From NCBI RefSeq assembly GCF_030028105.1, contig NC_092378.1, positions 100,305,731 to 100,369,730 of the forward strand: a DNA stretch of 64,000 nucleotides, read 5' to 3'. Position 1 is the stretch's first letter. Each line of letters opens with the position of its first letter. Below are positions 50,143 to 64,000 of this stretch, piece by piece. The stretch comes from Mobula birostris (lineage: Eukaryota). The translations under genes were made by a program, and so were the position numbers. Below the pieces are notes generated by a model, which was not told the origin of the DNA, made no database searches, and saw only the letters and a list, made by a program, of their open reading frames with translations.

Positions 50143-51674
50143 TTTTTGAGAAATTGTGTGGCTTGTTCGAATTGTGTAGTTAATGCAAAAGTTGTGTTGT
50201 TAAAATGCTTCATTGATATAAGGAGCATTGGGACGTCCCAGATGGTAAACTTTTCTAGTGTAAATTAATGCTGGTAATATCAAAAGGTTGAGGATTTATT
50301 TGTGTATTAAACTGTCATTTTAATCTTGCCTGAATCCTGAAAAGTGGACTGATACTGACCTCACCATGGTGCCTGATCTACTTTCAAGTTTATTTCTGTT
50401 TCGATCTTGATTGTATTAAATTATACAATCCACACCTGTTCATTTAAACTTTTTTGTGCTCAAATATTGACCTTTCAATCAAATCAGTCAGTTCAAGTGA
50501 AATAAACACCATGTGCATACAATTTCTATTTTTAAAAAAAACTAATTTCAGAAAAGAACATCTTTGTATTGGACATTGAACTGATTTCATGATCCTTTTC
50601 CTAATATGAAATAAATATATGAAAAAGAAAAATGCTCAACTTTGCACTGGATAAATGCACTTAGATAATAGCTGTTTTCCACGAACTCTATTATAGCTTA
50701 ATCGGAATGGTGCAGTGTAGTATATAGAACTGCAGAGGGCATTGCTAAGAGAATCACACTGCACTTTTTAAGTGCTATTGAACAGTACAGAATCAATTCT
50801 AATGCATCAATTATTTTCCCAGTATCATGCACATAGCAAGTGATGAGTTATCCAGCACAATTTTCCAGCATAAATGGCTATTGTCTGTCACTCACAACCA
50901 AAACTTCATCTACAACCTCCCACATTTTCTATTCAAACACCATTTAAACATACACACTTAATGGCAGAAAACTTTCAAAGACAGCTCTTAACCTCACTGG
51001 ATACACTTCCCACACCTTACAAGATGCTGCAAGTTTTAGTTAGCGGTAGCATAGTATTTAATAGTGTAAAGCTCCATTTCATAAATGGAGTGAAGGCAAC
51101 ATTTTTTCCTCCATTGTTTTTATGGTGTTTTCTGGAGGACAGAACATCAGTATCTTCCTGCCGTGCTTTTTAAATGGCTATCCTGATGACTCTCCTGCCA
51201 CGGAGGCAAATCTAATAATAAGGATGACATGGACCAATATCTTTACATCCCACTCAGTAAATGTAAAAGAGTTTTTTTTCTCCTACAAGCTACCCCTCCT
51301 TCAAAGCAGCCACTGTCTGGTTGTCATGGGGAGCCCGTGCTATGGCTGCAGTGCTGTTCCTTCCTCTTAGGAAACCCTTCCGAACTGAGGATGAATTATA
51401 TCCGCTGGTTCTGAAAATGACTTCTGAGTTGTTTGGAAACCACAGACTACCGCAGGTTGGGTAGGTGGTGGCTGACTTGGAGGAGAGTTGGATAATTTGA
51501 GAGGTGATCCACTCCTTCCATTGCTAATGAAGAGCCTTTCTGTGCTCTTGACCTCCTACAGGTTCTTGCCTCCTGCTCCATTTTGAGCAGTCATGGGCCA
51601 GAGGTTCCCAGAATGCAATTCTTCAGGGAATCTTTGAGCACAACCTCGATTTACTTATTTATTTTTTACACAAG

Positions 51675-51840
51675 AGATTCTGCAGATGCTGGAAGTAAAG
51701 AGCAACACACACAAAATGCTGGGGGAGGTCAGGCAGCATTTATGGAAATTAATAAATAATGGATGTTTAGACTCTTCATCAGGACTGGAAAGGAAGGGGG
51801 AAGAAGCCAGAATAATATGGTGGGGAGAGGGGAAGGAGTG
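51675..51840 (-). mobile_element. Penelope terminal fragment with a deleted hammerhead
   Basis: Minus strand CCAGTCCTGATGAAGAGTCT followed by the AAATGCTGCCTGACC tail. Confidence 0.65.
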
Positions 51841-53481
51841 AATCTTTTCCTCTGTCCATCTGATAATTTCTTCCTATAAGAGAGTTCAAAGTAGAAAAAG
51901 AGTGTTCAAAGAGTGTTTTAGGACGCTGGTGTCAGACATGTGGTCTGCGGTGAATTTCATCCTTTGCCAAGATTTGAAAGTGGTGGTGCATTTTTCCCAG
52001 GGTTTTGTCATGAAGACAGTATTGTGCAAAGGTCAGGCACCTTCAATTTTTAAATATAAATTTTGTTTTAGATGTTTATATTTTCTTCTCTATTAATATG
52101 TCAGTAGAAAAGAGCAAGTTTTAGATTTCCAAACACTTATTTTCCAAAAAAATTAAATGTTACGTGCATTTTTTTGTATTTTAGCCCAGTGATGATTAAA
52201 CAAAGGTAACAAGCAGGATGACATACTCAATGACATAATGAGTTGAATGAACTAAACTGATTAATTGAAACAGAAACGGTTGAAGAAGGAATCAAACTCT
52301 GTGATGGACAACCAAACTGAAAGGTGTGGGTGGGGCAGATGTGACAGGTTAACCTTCAAATCATCAATTCTTACACCATGGCAAGAGTGAACATAGCAAC
52401 AAGACACAAGGTAGTCATCCTGTATCAGCAAAGTCTCTCCCAAGCAGAAATTCTGTGAAGATGCGCTGTCCAAGCTCTTCTGAAGAAGCACCAAGAAACG
52501 GGCAAGGTTGAGAACTAGAAACGCAGTGATCGGCCATGAAAACTGTGTACAACAGTTGAGAGATGTATCAAACTGATGGGAAGAAGTCGAGCACTGTTGT
52601 CAGCTCTGAACTTTCAGAAACCCCCCCCTGGAACCCAAGTACACTCCTGTACAGTCCAGAGAAGTCTTGTCAGAAGTGGTCATCTTGGAAGAATTCCTGT
52701 CAAAAAGCTATTCCCCTGAAGTGGAAACAAAGCCAAGAGACTCAACTATGTACAAAAACATAAGACTGTGGTGCTGAACAGTGGTAGCAAGTGCTCTGGA
52801 CTAAAGGCTGATTTATACTCGTGCGTACTAGCTTACGCCGTAGCCTACGCAAGTGGGCTACGCCGTTGTGAGCATTTATACTTGTGCGTTGGTGTGTCTG
52901 CAGTTCACCGCCAAAACGCTAGTTGGCGATGGAGTTTCTACGCCACTGTGTTGAGTTTCTTCATGTTGAAACTCAACATGAAGAAACTCAAACTTCAAAC
53001 AATGGTAACTGAAACTGAAGGAGGGTGAATTTTCTGTGCTTGTCTGGCCACTGAGAGACATGGACGAGGAAATGCATTTCAAATATTTTCGGATGTTGGC
53101 AGGTAGATTTGACGATTTGGTTCATTGTCTCCAACTATTTATTTCGCATCAGTGTACGCACAGTATACTCAGAGACTGGCAATCACCATTCGAGTTTTAG
53201 CTTCAGGTGGAAGTCAACAGGCTGTAGCAGCTAGCTACAAACTGGCGTCAAGCACAGGGTCCTCCATAATTTCAGAGGTCTGTAAAGCCTTATGGAAAGC
53301 ATTGCAGCCAGAGTTCCTTCCCTGCCCTTCAGTTGCCCAATGGGAAGCTATTGCAGTGTAGGAGGAAATGCGATGCTACCAAGTGGACCAATCACAGTTG
53401 TTTCGGTCTGTGTCGCCATGACGCATAGTTATATTTTGGGAGAGGTGTGCGTTAGGGTACGGCATAGGGTTTGGTGTAGAG

Positions 53482-54260
53482 CAGGGGTCTCCAACCTTTT
53501 TTTGCCCTGCGGACCGGTTTAATATTGACAATATTCTTGGGATCAGCCGACGGGGGTGGGCGGGGGGTGGAGGGGGTGATGTTCAAGTAGGGTTAAACTC
53601 ACCTCAACATGTCTTTTACAGTTAGGGTTGCCAACTTTCTCACTCCCAAATAAGGGACAAAAGTAGCAGTCAAATCCCGGGACACTTTACCCCAGGGAAG
53701 ACTACCATGACCATGAAGCCTTGCGCGGGCACCTGTGTGCGCATGCGTGACGTGCGCGTACGTGCCGATTTTTTTTTTCCCCCACAAATTTGTTTTGCCT
53801 TCATCTTCCCGACTATACTGTACATACGTTATTTCTACTTTATATAGGCTGTGTATTTATCGTATCATTCTTGCTATTTACTGTATGTTAGTGTTATTTA
53901 TTTTCAGTTTTATGTGTTATTTGGTATGACTTGTTAGGTTATTTTTTGGGTCTGGGAATGCTCAAAAAATTTTCCCATACAAATTAATGGTAATTGCTTC
54001 TTCGCTTCACGCCATTTTGGCACGAAAGGTTTCATAGGAACATTCTACCTTAGCGTGGGAAATACAGGACAAACCAATGTAGCTCAATATACGGGATGTC
54101 CCGGCAAATACGGGACATTTGGCAGCCCTATGTTCAAGTTCAGCAGTGCGTGACAGGGAATGAGGAAAGGTGCAGCTGACTCATATCGTTTCCTCATGGC
54201 CCGGTAGCACATGCTTTGCGGCCTGGTACCAGTCCGCAGCCCGGTGGTTGGGGACCGCTG
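53482..54260. mobile_element. hAT (Charlie-like) MITE
   Basis: 8-bp TSD GTGTAGAG. TIR CAGGGGTCTCCAACC / GGTTGGGGACCGCTG. Confidence 0.9.
53588..54130. mobile_element. Inner hAT (TAGGG-terminal, Blackjack-like) MITE
   Basis: 8-bp TSD TGTTCAAG at 53580..53587 and 54131..54138. TAGGGTT(GCCA) / TGGCAGCCCTA ends, with repeated ATACGGGA subterminal motifs. Confidence 0.8.
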
Positions 54261-55284
54261 GTGTAGAGTACAGTATAGGGTTCGCGGCTATGCTGTACCT
54301 ACGGCATACATTTGACGCACAAGTATAAATCAGCCTTAAGTCAAAATTTGAAATTTTTTGCTCAAATAGGAGGCAGTTTGTCCATAGAAGAGCTGGAGAG
54401 CGCTACACAGAAGAGTGTCTGCAGCCAACAGTGAAGCATGACAGAGGCTCCCTGCAAGTTTGGGTCTGTTTCTGCAAATGGAGTCTGCGATCTAGTCAGA
54501 ATTAATAGAACCCTCACTGCTGAGAAGTACAAGAAAATTCCCCTCCATCATGCAATACTATCAGGGAGGCATCTGATGGGTCCCAACTTCATTCTACAGC
54601 TGGATAATGACCCCAAACACACATTCATAAATAACTATCTTCAGTGAAAGGAGACAGAAGTTCTACAACAGATGGTATGGCCTCCACAGAGCTCTGATCT
54701 CAACATCATTGAGACTGTCTGGGACTACCAGGAGTGACAGGAGCAAGTGAGGCAACCAAAGTCTTCAGAAGAACTGTGGCAAGTTCTCCAAGATGTGTGG
54801 AACAACCTGCCAGTCAATTTTTTTATAAAATTGTACAACAGTGTACCTAAGAGAATTGATGCAGTTTTAAAAACAAAAGGTGGTCACATCAATTACTGAT
54901 TTGATTTATTTAAAACTATGTACTGTTTTTATAGTAATATTTTTGATATTTAGAAACTTTTCATTATTTTTTAAAGCCTCTTTGGTTTACAGATTTTTTT
55001 TTACATGTGCTTAAGACTTTTGCACAGTACGGTATCTTTTGTCAAAGGATACTGTTGTACAGCAGAGGTGAATAGTAGAGGAAATTTTACTCGGGAGTTT
55101 TGAGTACAAGGCCCATTCTTGCATATGCTTTTGATTGGCGCTCAAGTAAAAGCAACATGGTCTGCATCTTGACCTTTGAGATTTGTTTGTTTCAGTTGTT
55201 GTTACTGCAATAAAAATGGGTGATATTAACTGTCTTAGATGAAATAATGGACATGTTTGTTTTCCACCATCTATCTCTCCATAG

Positions 55285-55392
<108 letters not shown>

Positions 55393-55604
55393 TGAGAGCC
55401 TTGCATACTCAGCAGAGTCTAACATGATCACTGGACTGGAGAAAGGCTCTCCACCATGCTTCCTGCAGTTATGGCTAAAAATAACTGCGTACACTTTGTT
55501 ATTGCCATACTGCATTAACTCTAAACAACAGTCGAGTACTCTCCCATTGAATAGAAAGGTGAGTACAGAGGAAGCAAGTTATTTACAGAAACTTCCAAAC
55601 TCCC

Positions 55605-55993
55605 TTTCTTTCTTTATTAATCTTTTTATTGATTTAAAAAAAACCATAAATACAATCAAGAGAAGAATTAGTTCAAATATATATATGTCAGTAACAATAT
55701 AAACCAAAATTAAGATAGATATTGTCAAAATCATACATATTGTTAAACTAGTATAAAATATATAATTAGAAAAATGAAAATAACAATTCTCCTCTATCAG
55801 TTTATGAAGAGAAAGGAAAAAATATTTGGTTTTAAATGAAAAGAAAAAAAAAACCCACTACACTATATATATATATATAAAAAAAAGGGACTGGGCAGTC
55901 CATTTTGAGGATACGACCAAAAAAGAAAGAAAGACTTTCTGATCAAATCTAAAACTTCGAGAGAAAAAAAGATTGAAAGAGTAATAAATCAAA
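55605..55993 (-). mobile_element. 5'-truncated L1-like 3'UTR insertion
   Basis: 11-bp TSD TCCAAACTCCC at 55594 and 55994. Minus-strand end AATAAAAAGATTAATAAAGAAAGAAA resembles the end of the intron-3 L1. Confidence 0.75.
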
Positions 55994-56750
55994 TCCAAAC
56001 TCCCAACGGTACTATGCAATACTAATATTTGCACATGAACTTCTCAGTTGTAGTTTTCTGCTTTCTTTGAAATGGTAAAAGGGTTTGTTAATATTGGGGC
56101 ATGCAGTTGGTGGATTTCCCATTCTGTTTCTGCTGACCAACATGCAACCTTTGATTCTGGAGTAAGTTTTCAGAAAAGAGGGATGGGCAAGAAGGGTGAA
56201 AGCTGCTGGGCTGCCCCTGAGCCAGGAGTTGTCCTTGATGCCCGGCTTCAAAGTGGTGGCTTCCATGGCCCAATGGCAGTCTCCTTAACTCCGAAGGTTG
56301 CAACTGTGTTGAATTTCTTTCTCTCGTTCCTCAGCGGCATAAATAGTTTGTGCTTGTCCTGGTTGTATGAGATCCTCTTCCTTTCAAGGTGTCAGCTCTG
56401 TTAAAGGTCATGAGTTTGGGTATTGAGCCAAGCATTTGAGAAAAAGATTTAAACATGTGTTGCCAATGTGGTACAGAGGGAGTGAATGCCTTTCAGTTGG
56501 GTGCTCTGCCATAGCATGGTGAACGTGAGAGTTCTACTTGGAGTACTGGCCAATGTTCATCGATTCCTTGTTACATATTCCAAATTGACGACTGTTCCCT
56601 TTTTTATAAAGGTCTGTATTTGAAAAGTGCTACTTTAAGCATTAGTGATTTTGTGAGGTGAACTGTTTTTGTCACCTTGTTTATGAAAGGATTGTGATAC
56701 TTGAAGGGTGAGGAGAATGGACTTTAAGATGGTTTTCTATTTTCTGGCAG

Positions 56751-56848
56751 GCCTTTTTACTGGTGAACTCCCTGAGTGCACACAGGAGCTGATGACTGAC
56801 GTTACAAAAAGCTACTACCAGAAGTTCCTGCCACTTTCTCAGATTTGA
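56751..56848 (+). CDS. DCTN5: DCTN5 exon 6, last coding exon; total CDS 549 nt
   Basis: [32 protein letters not shown]. Confidence 0.97.
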
Positions 56849-59800
56849 GATGGGCCTTTCCTCCAAAGCACCACGAGAAAAGGTATGTTAAGGGAAAGTG
56901 AATCAGTTTGTGGGTGAGGGGGTGCGGAGAGGGAATCTCTGCATTTAAACAGCACTTCCAGGTGAATGTGAGCAAGCACATGGATGCATAATGATCCTGA
57001 TACTGAGTTTGCTAAAGGTTATTTCTGTTTCTCTTCAGTTTCCTTTATGACTTTTATAGGAACAACAGCAGTGATCCCAACCCTTCCTCCCTCTGCCCTA
57101 CTGCACCATCCTGCATTTCTGAGGCTCATTGAGGGACTTGCACTATTTTTGTCAGTCACTTTCAGTAATAAATGACACAAACAGCTTTCTGAAATCCATG
57201 ACCAGAGCAAGCCCAGCAGCTCCCTCTCCTAAGGATTGAGGACAGGCTTATATTTGGTTCTCCTCTGTGGCACTCCCAGCAACTTTGCTAACTCCAATTC
57301 CTGTGAAAACAATCAATAGTTAGCTCACAAATTTAGATTTGGAGGTAATATTTATCAGTCTCAAACAATACAGAGCTAAGGCAGGTAGACAGCTAAGAGG
57401 ACAATAGGTGCAGAACAAGTGCGCAATACCGAACGTTAACAAGTACTAGGCCACTAGGCCAGTGGTGGGCAGCACACGCCACATTTGAGTAGGGTTTCAT
57501 TTATACCAAAATTTGTACACAGTATCAATGTTGAAAAATTTATTCAATCCTGGACAGAGTGATATGAGATTAAATTGGGAATGATCTATGTGCCTTGGTA
57601 CTGTGTCCTGACTAATCTTCCCTTAACTAAACAGATCAACAGCTGATTTATGATCTTGCATTATCCAAATTGGCTGTAGCATTTAACCCTTTTATTAATG
57701 GGTGCACAGTAATTCATTGTGTAACTGACAATGTTAAGTATTCAATAAGATCCCAAATTGTATGCCTTTGCATGGAAGACAGCCCTTGTACTTGGATGTC
57801 CACAATTATTCTGCTCTTTTAATTCACCTTCTTGCCCACATGAATTACTTGATTTATTTTTTTTTGCCGGAACATACAGGTTTAGATTAAGATTTTCAGC
57901 ACAGACTGAGGTAATTTGACCCAGGTGGTCCTTACTGATGTCGGTGCTTCACACATGCCTACTCCATCTCTCCTCTTTATGTCATCTAACCCTTTTGGGA
58001 ATTTCACTCCAGGGATAATGGTCTGGTCTGATTTTTAAACTGCTCTTGTTTTTGTACGTGAGTGGGGTGTGGAATGTATTAGGGGGTTATCATTGACATT
58101 CATCTAAGAAAATTTAATTCTTACATATTCATTTTCAGAAAGCTGTTTGTGTCATTTATTACTGAAAGTGACTGACAAAGGTGGGTCAATGCATTTGGGG
58201 TACAGATTAATTGGAATTAGTAGAATGGCTTCCTCCTTTTCCTATATACCAGCACGTAGTCGGTAATGTGCTTGCCATGGGATCATATACAAAGGTTTGG
58301 GCCCAAAGGTTTTCTGTGACATTATTAAGCATAGTTGTTACTCTTTTGTCAAGTCCACAGTGCTACAAACCTTTTAAAAATGGATAATATAAAAAAAGTT
58401 CCTTCTCATAATAGGCTGACGATGTTAGGCAATTCTCATTCTGATCCTGAATGTCTGTTATACTATGTTCTCAGAATTTAAACTCTTTAATTTAACTCTT
58501 TAATTATCTCACTATAATTTTTTTCTCTCGTTGCAGAACCTGTTTTACTGAGGACCTGAAAGTGAACAACTAAACAAAGTTTAGACGCTGCCTGGATATT
58601 CCCACTTGATGAAGTGGGTCAGGCAAAGAGAAAATTATGCATTATAAGTAGTTGTTTCTTTGGTCTGGAAAAGACTGGCTGCTCCATCACACTTGAAATG
58701 ACAGTGTGTGCAACCTTCAGTACATAACTTAATTTTATTGGCCATGTTCAGTGCCACAAAAAAACTGAGCGTAATATATGCTGTAATTATTCATGAAATT
58801 AGTTCTGAGACATTCAATCACTAAGCTTCCTGCATATTCAAGCAAGGTTAATTGCATTAATCCGGTTCTTGTTAGAAAAGACATTTTGTTGTGGATGCGT
58901 GTAATTGGTGCTGTTTCTCAGAAAAGTGATGCTGAGTCTCTTTACTGATTGTATGAAATGGCACCAACCTTTGACTGACAGTATAACTATCACCTGTTAA
59001 GATTCATGCTGTAAAACAGGATACAGTAAAAGTGGCTGGGGCAACAAGTTGTACTTCTAATAACTAGGTAATGCAGAACAAATCTAGCAGTAACCACCAT
59101 GAAGTGACATCACATAAATGAAATGCAATCAGACATATTATAAATCATACACCGTCCAGTGAGGCAAGTGGTGATACTTGGTGCCAAGTGGCCTTTTCAG
59201 ACAATTTCTCTTCTCATCAACATCCCAGTCATTTACTTTTTACACATTTATTAATGCTTTTGCCAATTAAAATGGAACGTGTCATCTCCGTTAAATATCT
59301 TAGTTATTTTGCCCTAAAACATATAGTGAATTTTCTTAAGAATTAAAAAAAGATGTTGTCCATCTTGTTGATGCATAACATGGCAAAATGTTAGTTTATG
59401 CAGGTGCTGATCCAAAGAACATAATTCACCACAATTTTCAAAAAATGTATGGAAGAATAATCTATAGATGAAAACCTCCTGTCCTTAAATGCAAAAATGT
59501 CACAGTATTTCCTGCATGTTTGCTGCATTCCTGACTACCTATTTATACTTTCGATAATATTGTTCAGAAAAACTCTTGGTGGTGACAGGTGAAGTTTATT
59601 TTCTCATTGAGGACCATTTTCCAATTTTTGGACATTTCATAACTATTCATGATTGAAAATTTACAGAAGTGCTTCTTGACTGACTTCTTTCAACACTTGT
59701 ATGTGGTATTGAGGATTTAAGTGTTTAACCATTTCATCCTCAAAATCGGTTTTATTATCACTGATTCGTCATGAACTGTATTTGTGGCAACAATTACAGT

Positions 59801-61283
59801 GCAAAACAATTATGAGTTACAAAAAATAAATATATAGTTTAAAAAAAAAGAGCCAGAAATTCTAGGAATTGTCATTCCTTTAACATATTTTCCCTTAAAT
59901 TTCACTTGAGATTTACTTCGAGTAGCTCTGCCTGTGTTATTTTGCAGATGAATGGCTGAACAACTTGCCAACTGTTTCAATCTTGGATCTTAAAGGTGTT
60001 TTCTTTAAAACCAGGTGCATCTAGTCTTTCATTTGTTTTCTCTACCAACAAATTGAAAAGAAAATTTTGACACTTATGGTAGAATTGATATGTTTGTGAT
60101 GTGTCTAATATAGTTATAGTTTTTGGCAGTTTACTTGTGAAAGCATCCACAAAATATCAAGATCAAAATATTGCTTGCCTCTATTCTACAGTAGTAACCT
60201 TCCTCCAGTGTATTTGATGGATGAATAAAAGCAAGCCAGGTATCAGCTGGGTATATTTCTCCTATTGTACAGTTGCTGTGCCTTTACAGCAAACTTACAC
60301 TTATTCCATATTCACTCAAGCTTGTCACTCTTCACACATGAAGAGTAAAATGACCAAATATTAAAGAAATTAGAATATTACTGGGCACTGCAGGGATTCG
60401 TTTGCCCACCGTTATAAATGACATCTGAATCCTGTCATTTTTAGCCTCTTTAAGCCTGTGAATGTATTTTAACATTATCAATTGACAACGCCAAAAATTT
60501 GTTAGTTGAAGTAATTTTTGATGCCTTTTTTCAGTCTGACAGATCCCTCTGTGGATTTTACATAAACTGCTTTCATAACATTAATAATTGCTACATTTTA
60601 CCTTTACCTTGAAAATACATTCTCTCTCCTTACTTTGAGTGACACTAGTTTTCTTCTGATACTTCTCATTTGAAATTCATTTGGAGCTAAATATATCTGA
60701 CGTAACGTGAAAGCCGTCAAATTTTTGATATCAGATGAAAGGAAGCATACATTGGAGGGGCTTGTATGTATGTGACAGGATCTAATTTGCAAAAGGCCAA
60801 AAAGTTGGCAAATGCCAGAATCTCTTAACTGCAGCCTGAAAATTGCTATTGAGCCCACCTTGCCTGTATCATCTGTCTAAAAGATATATTTTTTTCTTGT
60901 TTACCTGGTTTTCCATATGCAGATAGTACACATTTAAAATTGTATCTGGGAGCCAGGGTGAGAGAGTTCAAATGCTAGGATTTCTGGTTCGATAGCATTC
61001 TCGAGCCTTAATTTCCCAACTTTTCAAAGTTAATTGGCTTAGATTGAGATAACTGCCCAGGCTATTGATAGGTTGTCATAAGATTTGGTGATTTCTGCCC
61101 CTTTTACTCCTTACTATCCCTTCCATACCCAACCAGGCTTTAGAATTTTGTTCCTCAAAGGGCAGTGGAAGCAGAGCCTTTGAATGTTTTAAGGTATGGG
61201 TCTTCTGGATTAGTAAGGGGATGAAAGGTTACCATAGGACTATGGGTTTGCTTTTATAATCAGATCGGCAGCCATATTCTTGT

Positions 61284-62885
61284 TCAGAATCAGGTTTATT
61301 ATCACCAGCATGTGTTTTGAAATTTAACTTAGCAGCAACAGTTCAATGCAATACATAATGTAGAAGTTTTTTTTAAAAAAAAGATAAAAATAAGTAAATC
61401 AAGCACAGTATATGCATATTGAATAGATTAAAAATTGTGCAAAAACAAAAATAATATGTTAAAAAGGTGGGAAGGTGTTCATGGGTTCAATGTCCATTTA
61501 GTAATCGGATGGCAGAGGGGAAGAAGCAACACTCACAACACGCTGGAGGAACTCAGTAGGTCGGGCAGCATCCGTGGAAAAAGATCAGTCAACGTTTCGG
61601 GCCGGAACCCTTTGTCCGAGGGGAAGAAGCTATTCCTGAATCACTGAGTGTGTGCCTTCAGGCTTCTGTATCTCCAACCTGATGGTAACGGTGAGAAAAG
61701 GGCATGCCCTGTGCGTTGGAGGTCCTTAATAATGGCTTTCTGAGACACCATTCCTTGAAGAAGTCCTGGGTACTTTGTAGGCTAGTATCCCAAGATGGAG
61801 CTGACTAAATTTACAACCCTCTGCAGCTTCTTTTGGTCCTGCAGTAGTGCTCACATACCAAACAGTGATGCAGCCTGTCAGAATGCTCTCCACAGTACAT
61901 CTATAAAAGTTTTTGAGTATTTTTGTTGACGTACCAAATCTTTTCAAACTCCTGATGAAATATAGTCACTGTCTTGCTGCCTTTATGGCTGTGTCGATAT
62001 GTTTGGACCAGGTTAAGTGCTCAGAGATCTTAACACCCAGGAACTTGAAACTACTCACTCTCTCCACTTCTGATTCCTCTATGAGGATTGGTATGTGTTC
62101 CTTTGTTTTACCCTTCCTGAAGTCCACAATCAGCTCTTTCATCTTACTGACGTTGAGTGCCAGGTTGTTGATTTGACACCACTCCACTAGTCAGCATATC
62201 TCACTCCTCTTCGCCTTCTCGTCACCACCTGAGATTCTACCAACAATGGTTGTATCATCAGCAAATTTATAGATGGCAGTTGAGCTATGCCTAGCCACAC
62301 AGTCATGGGTGAAGAGAGAGTAGTGCAGTGGGCTAAGCACACACTCCTGAGGTGCACTAGTGTTGATCGTCAGCGAGGAGGAGATATCACCAATCTGCAC
62401 AGACTATGGTCTTCTGCTTGGGAAGTCAAGGATACAATTGGAGACAGTGGTACAGAGGCCCCAGTTCTGTAACTTACCAATCAGGATTGTGGGAGGGTTG
62501 GTGTTAAAGCTGAGCTATAGTCAACGAACAGCATCCTAACATGGGGTGTTTGTATTGTCTAGGTGTTCTAAGGCCACGTGAAGAGCCATTAAGATTGCAT
62601 CTGCCATTGACCTATTGTAGCAATAGGCAAATTGTAGTGGGTTCAGGCCCTTGCTGAGGCAGGATTCAATCTAGCCATGACCAACCTCTCAAAGCATTTC
62701 ATCACTGTAGATGTGAGTGCTACTGGGCAATGATCAGTGAAGCAGCTCACACTATTCTTCTTATAATTGTTGCCTTTTTGAAGCAAGTGGGAATTTCCAC
62801 ACACAGTAGTGAGAGGTTGAAAATGTCCTTGAATACTCCTGCTGGTTGGTTGGCACAAGTTTTCAGAACCTTACCAGGTATTCTT
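61284..62885 (-). mobile_element. Rex1/Babar LINE RT and 3' end
   Basis: PVALTSTVMKCFERLV, APQECVLSP, KFADDTT, KELIVDFRK, CTVESILTGCITVWY. Confidence 0.88.
61528..61617 (-). mobile_element. 90-bp Penelope terminal insert with a 13-bp TSD, inside the Rex1 copy
   Basis: TSD GAGGGGAAGAAGC at 61515..61527 and 61618..61630. Minus strand AGGGTTCCGGCCCGAAACGTTGACTG plus the GATGCTGCCCGACC tail. Confidence 0.85.
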
Positions 62886-64000
62886 GTCAGGGCTCCCCCT
62901 CTTTTTCTATTGAGTGGCTTGAGGAGCCAAGTGGCCTACCTCTGCCCCTAATTTCAATGTTTGTATGTTCAAGAGTTGTGCCTACGTGCAACAAGACCTC
63001 ATCAACATTTAGGCATGAGCTGTAAGCAGCAAGAAACAATCACACTAAGCAATGGTTATCTTCCACAGGAGACAGCCTATCTTTGATAGTCAGTGGTGTT
63101 ACCAAGACTAAACCCATCCACCCTCTGCAAAAAAAAAAGGGTTGTGGTGGATTGGTGATTCACCGATACCTTTTCAAGGGCAATTAGAGATGGATTATAA
63201 ATGCCTTGTCAGTGTTGATCAGATTCTGAAAAATGAGAATAAACAATTCCTGAACCTCTTCACTTGCCCTATTACAAAACACTGTTATTACATCGGACAA
63301 TTAAATATGATTGATCCAATCACTGCCACATTTTCCTGTTCCTTCTCTATACAATTCAATTATCATACAATTCAAATGCCTGTCAAGCAACTGGTTTGTC
63401 TGTGTGCACTGTGTATATTTAAAAATTAGTAGACAAGTACGCCAGAGTTTTGCATCCATAACAGGTCCACAAGTGAAAATCTCTCGCATGGTTATGAATT
63501 GTCAATGCTCTCATCAGTCGGCCTATCTCTGTACAGTCTGCATTCATTCTGCAGACAACACTCCCAGCTAACCCGCATATTACAAGTAGCAACCTCGCTG
63601 TCATATTTAAGTAATTTTCTCTTTGACTTGCTGAACCCAAGAAGACTATAGTGCCTTTACAGAGCAAAATTAGCCCAATATGTCTTAGAGTAATATCAAA
63701 TAAAAACATTTCGAAACGGAGCTATGTAGAGATATCTTAGCCTTAATCAAAGAGAAGATAGAGACAGTTGAAGACAGAAGATAGAGTGAACAGTTTAGCC
63801 CCCACAACTGGCTTTCTTGGTTGATCTTTCAACTGCGTGCACCGACAGTTCAGCACCACCTTAGATCCTTCAGTTGCCAAGATCCCTCAATTTCGGTTTT
63901 GCCATACTGTATATAATTAGCTGTAGAGTTTACACTATCAGCGTGGGTAAAGAATTGCAAAGATTTACTATTCTCCGGGTGAAAATTCTCTTCTTGCCTC

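Larger units (their letters stand above)
52805..54336 (+). mobile_element. PIF/Harbinger non-autonomous element
   Basis: TAA TSD, 22-bp TIR AGGCTGATTTATACTYGTGCGT, transposase remnant [27 protein letters not shown]. Confidence 0.88.
52017..55032 (+). mobile_element. Old Tc1 element, outer host of the nest
   Basis: TIR CAGTATTGTGCAAAGGTC / GACTTTTGCACAGTACGG+TA. Remnants VLWT..SKFE, QLDNDPKH and WPPQSSDLNIIETVW. Confidence 0.8.

Noticed and set aside
57000-64000. PLK1, the gene after DCTN5 in human
   Set aside because: No kinase exon or CpG island recognised within the window.

Overview
This is vertebrate genomic DNA. The repeat spectrum (CR1, Rex1/Babar, Penelope, V-SINE, fish-type L1, Tc1, Tigger, hAT, Harbinger) suggests a cartilaginous fish, probably a ray; the organism is an inference. 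The window covers the conserved NDUFAB1-PALB2-DCTN5 block. NDUFAB1 exon 1 is on the minus strand and its other exons lie left of the window. PALB2 is complete on the minus strand: 14 coding exons, 8143..32881, about 1286 aa as reconstructed here with GT-AG junctions and consistent phases. DCTN5 is complete on the plus strand: 6 coding exons, 33212..56848, 182 aa. PALB2 and DCTN5 are head-to-head across a ~330 bp bidirectional promoter. The introns are packed with transposon remnants. Main observations: (1) dispersed Penelope-type minimal hammerhead-ribozyme motifs, including tiny TSD-flanked inserts, one of which is an 85-bp-arm palindrome with an intact core; (2) a four-level nest of DNA transposons with intact TSDs; (3) an extra intron in PALB2 and no KEAP1 ETGE motif; (4) an opposite-strand look-alike of the PALB2 N-terminus inside the promoter; (5) a probable 3'-UTR intron in DCTN5. 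Gene identities come from recalled human protein sequences, not from database searches.
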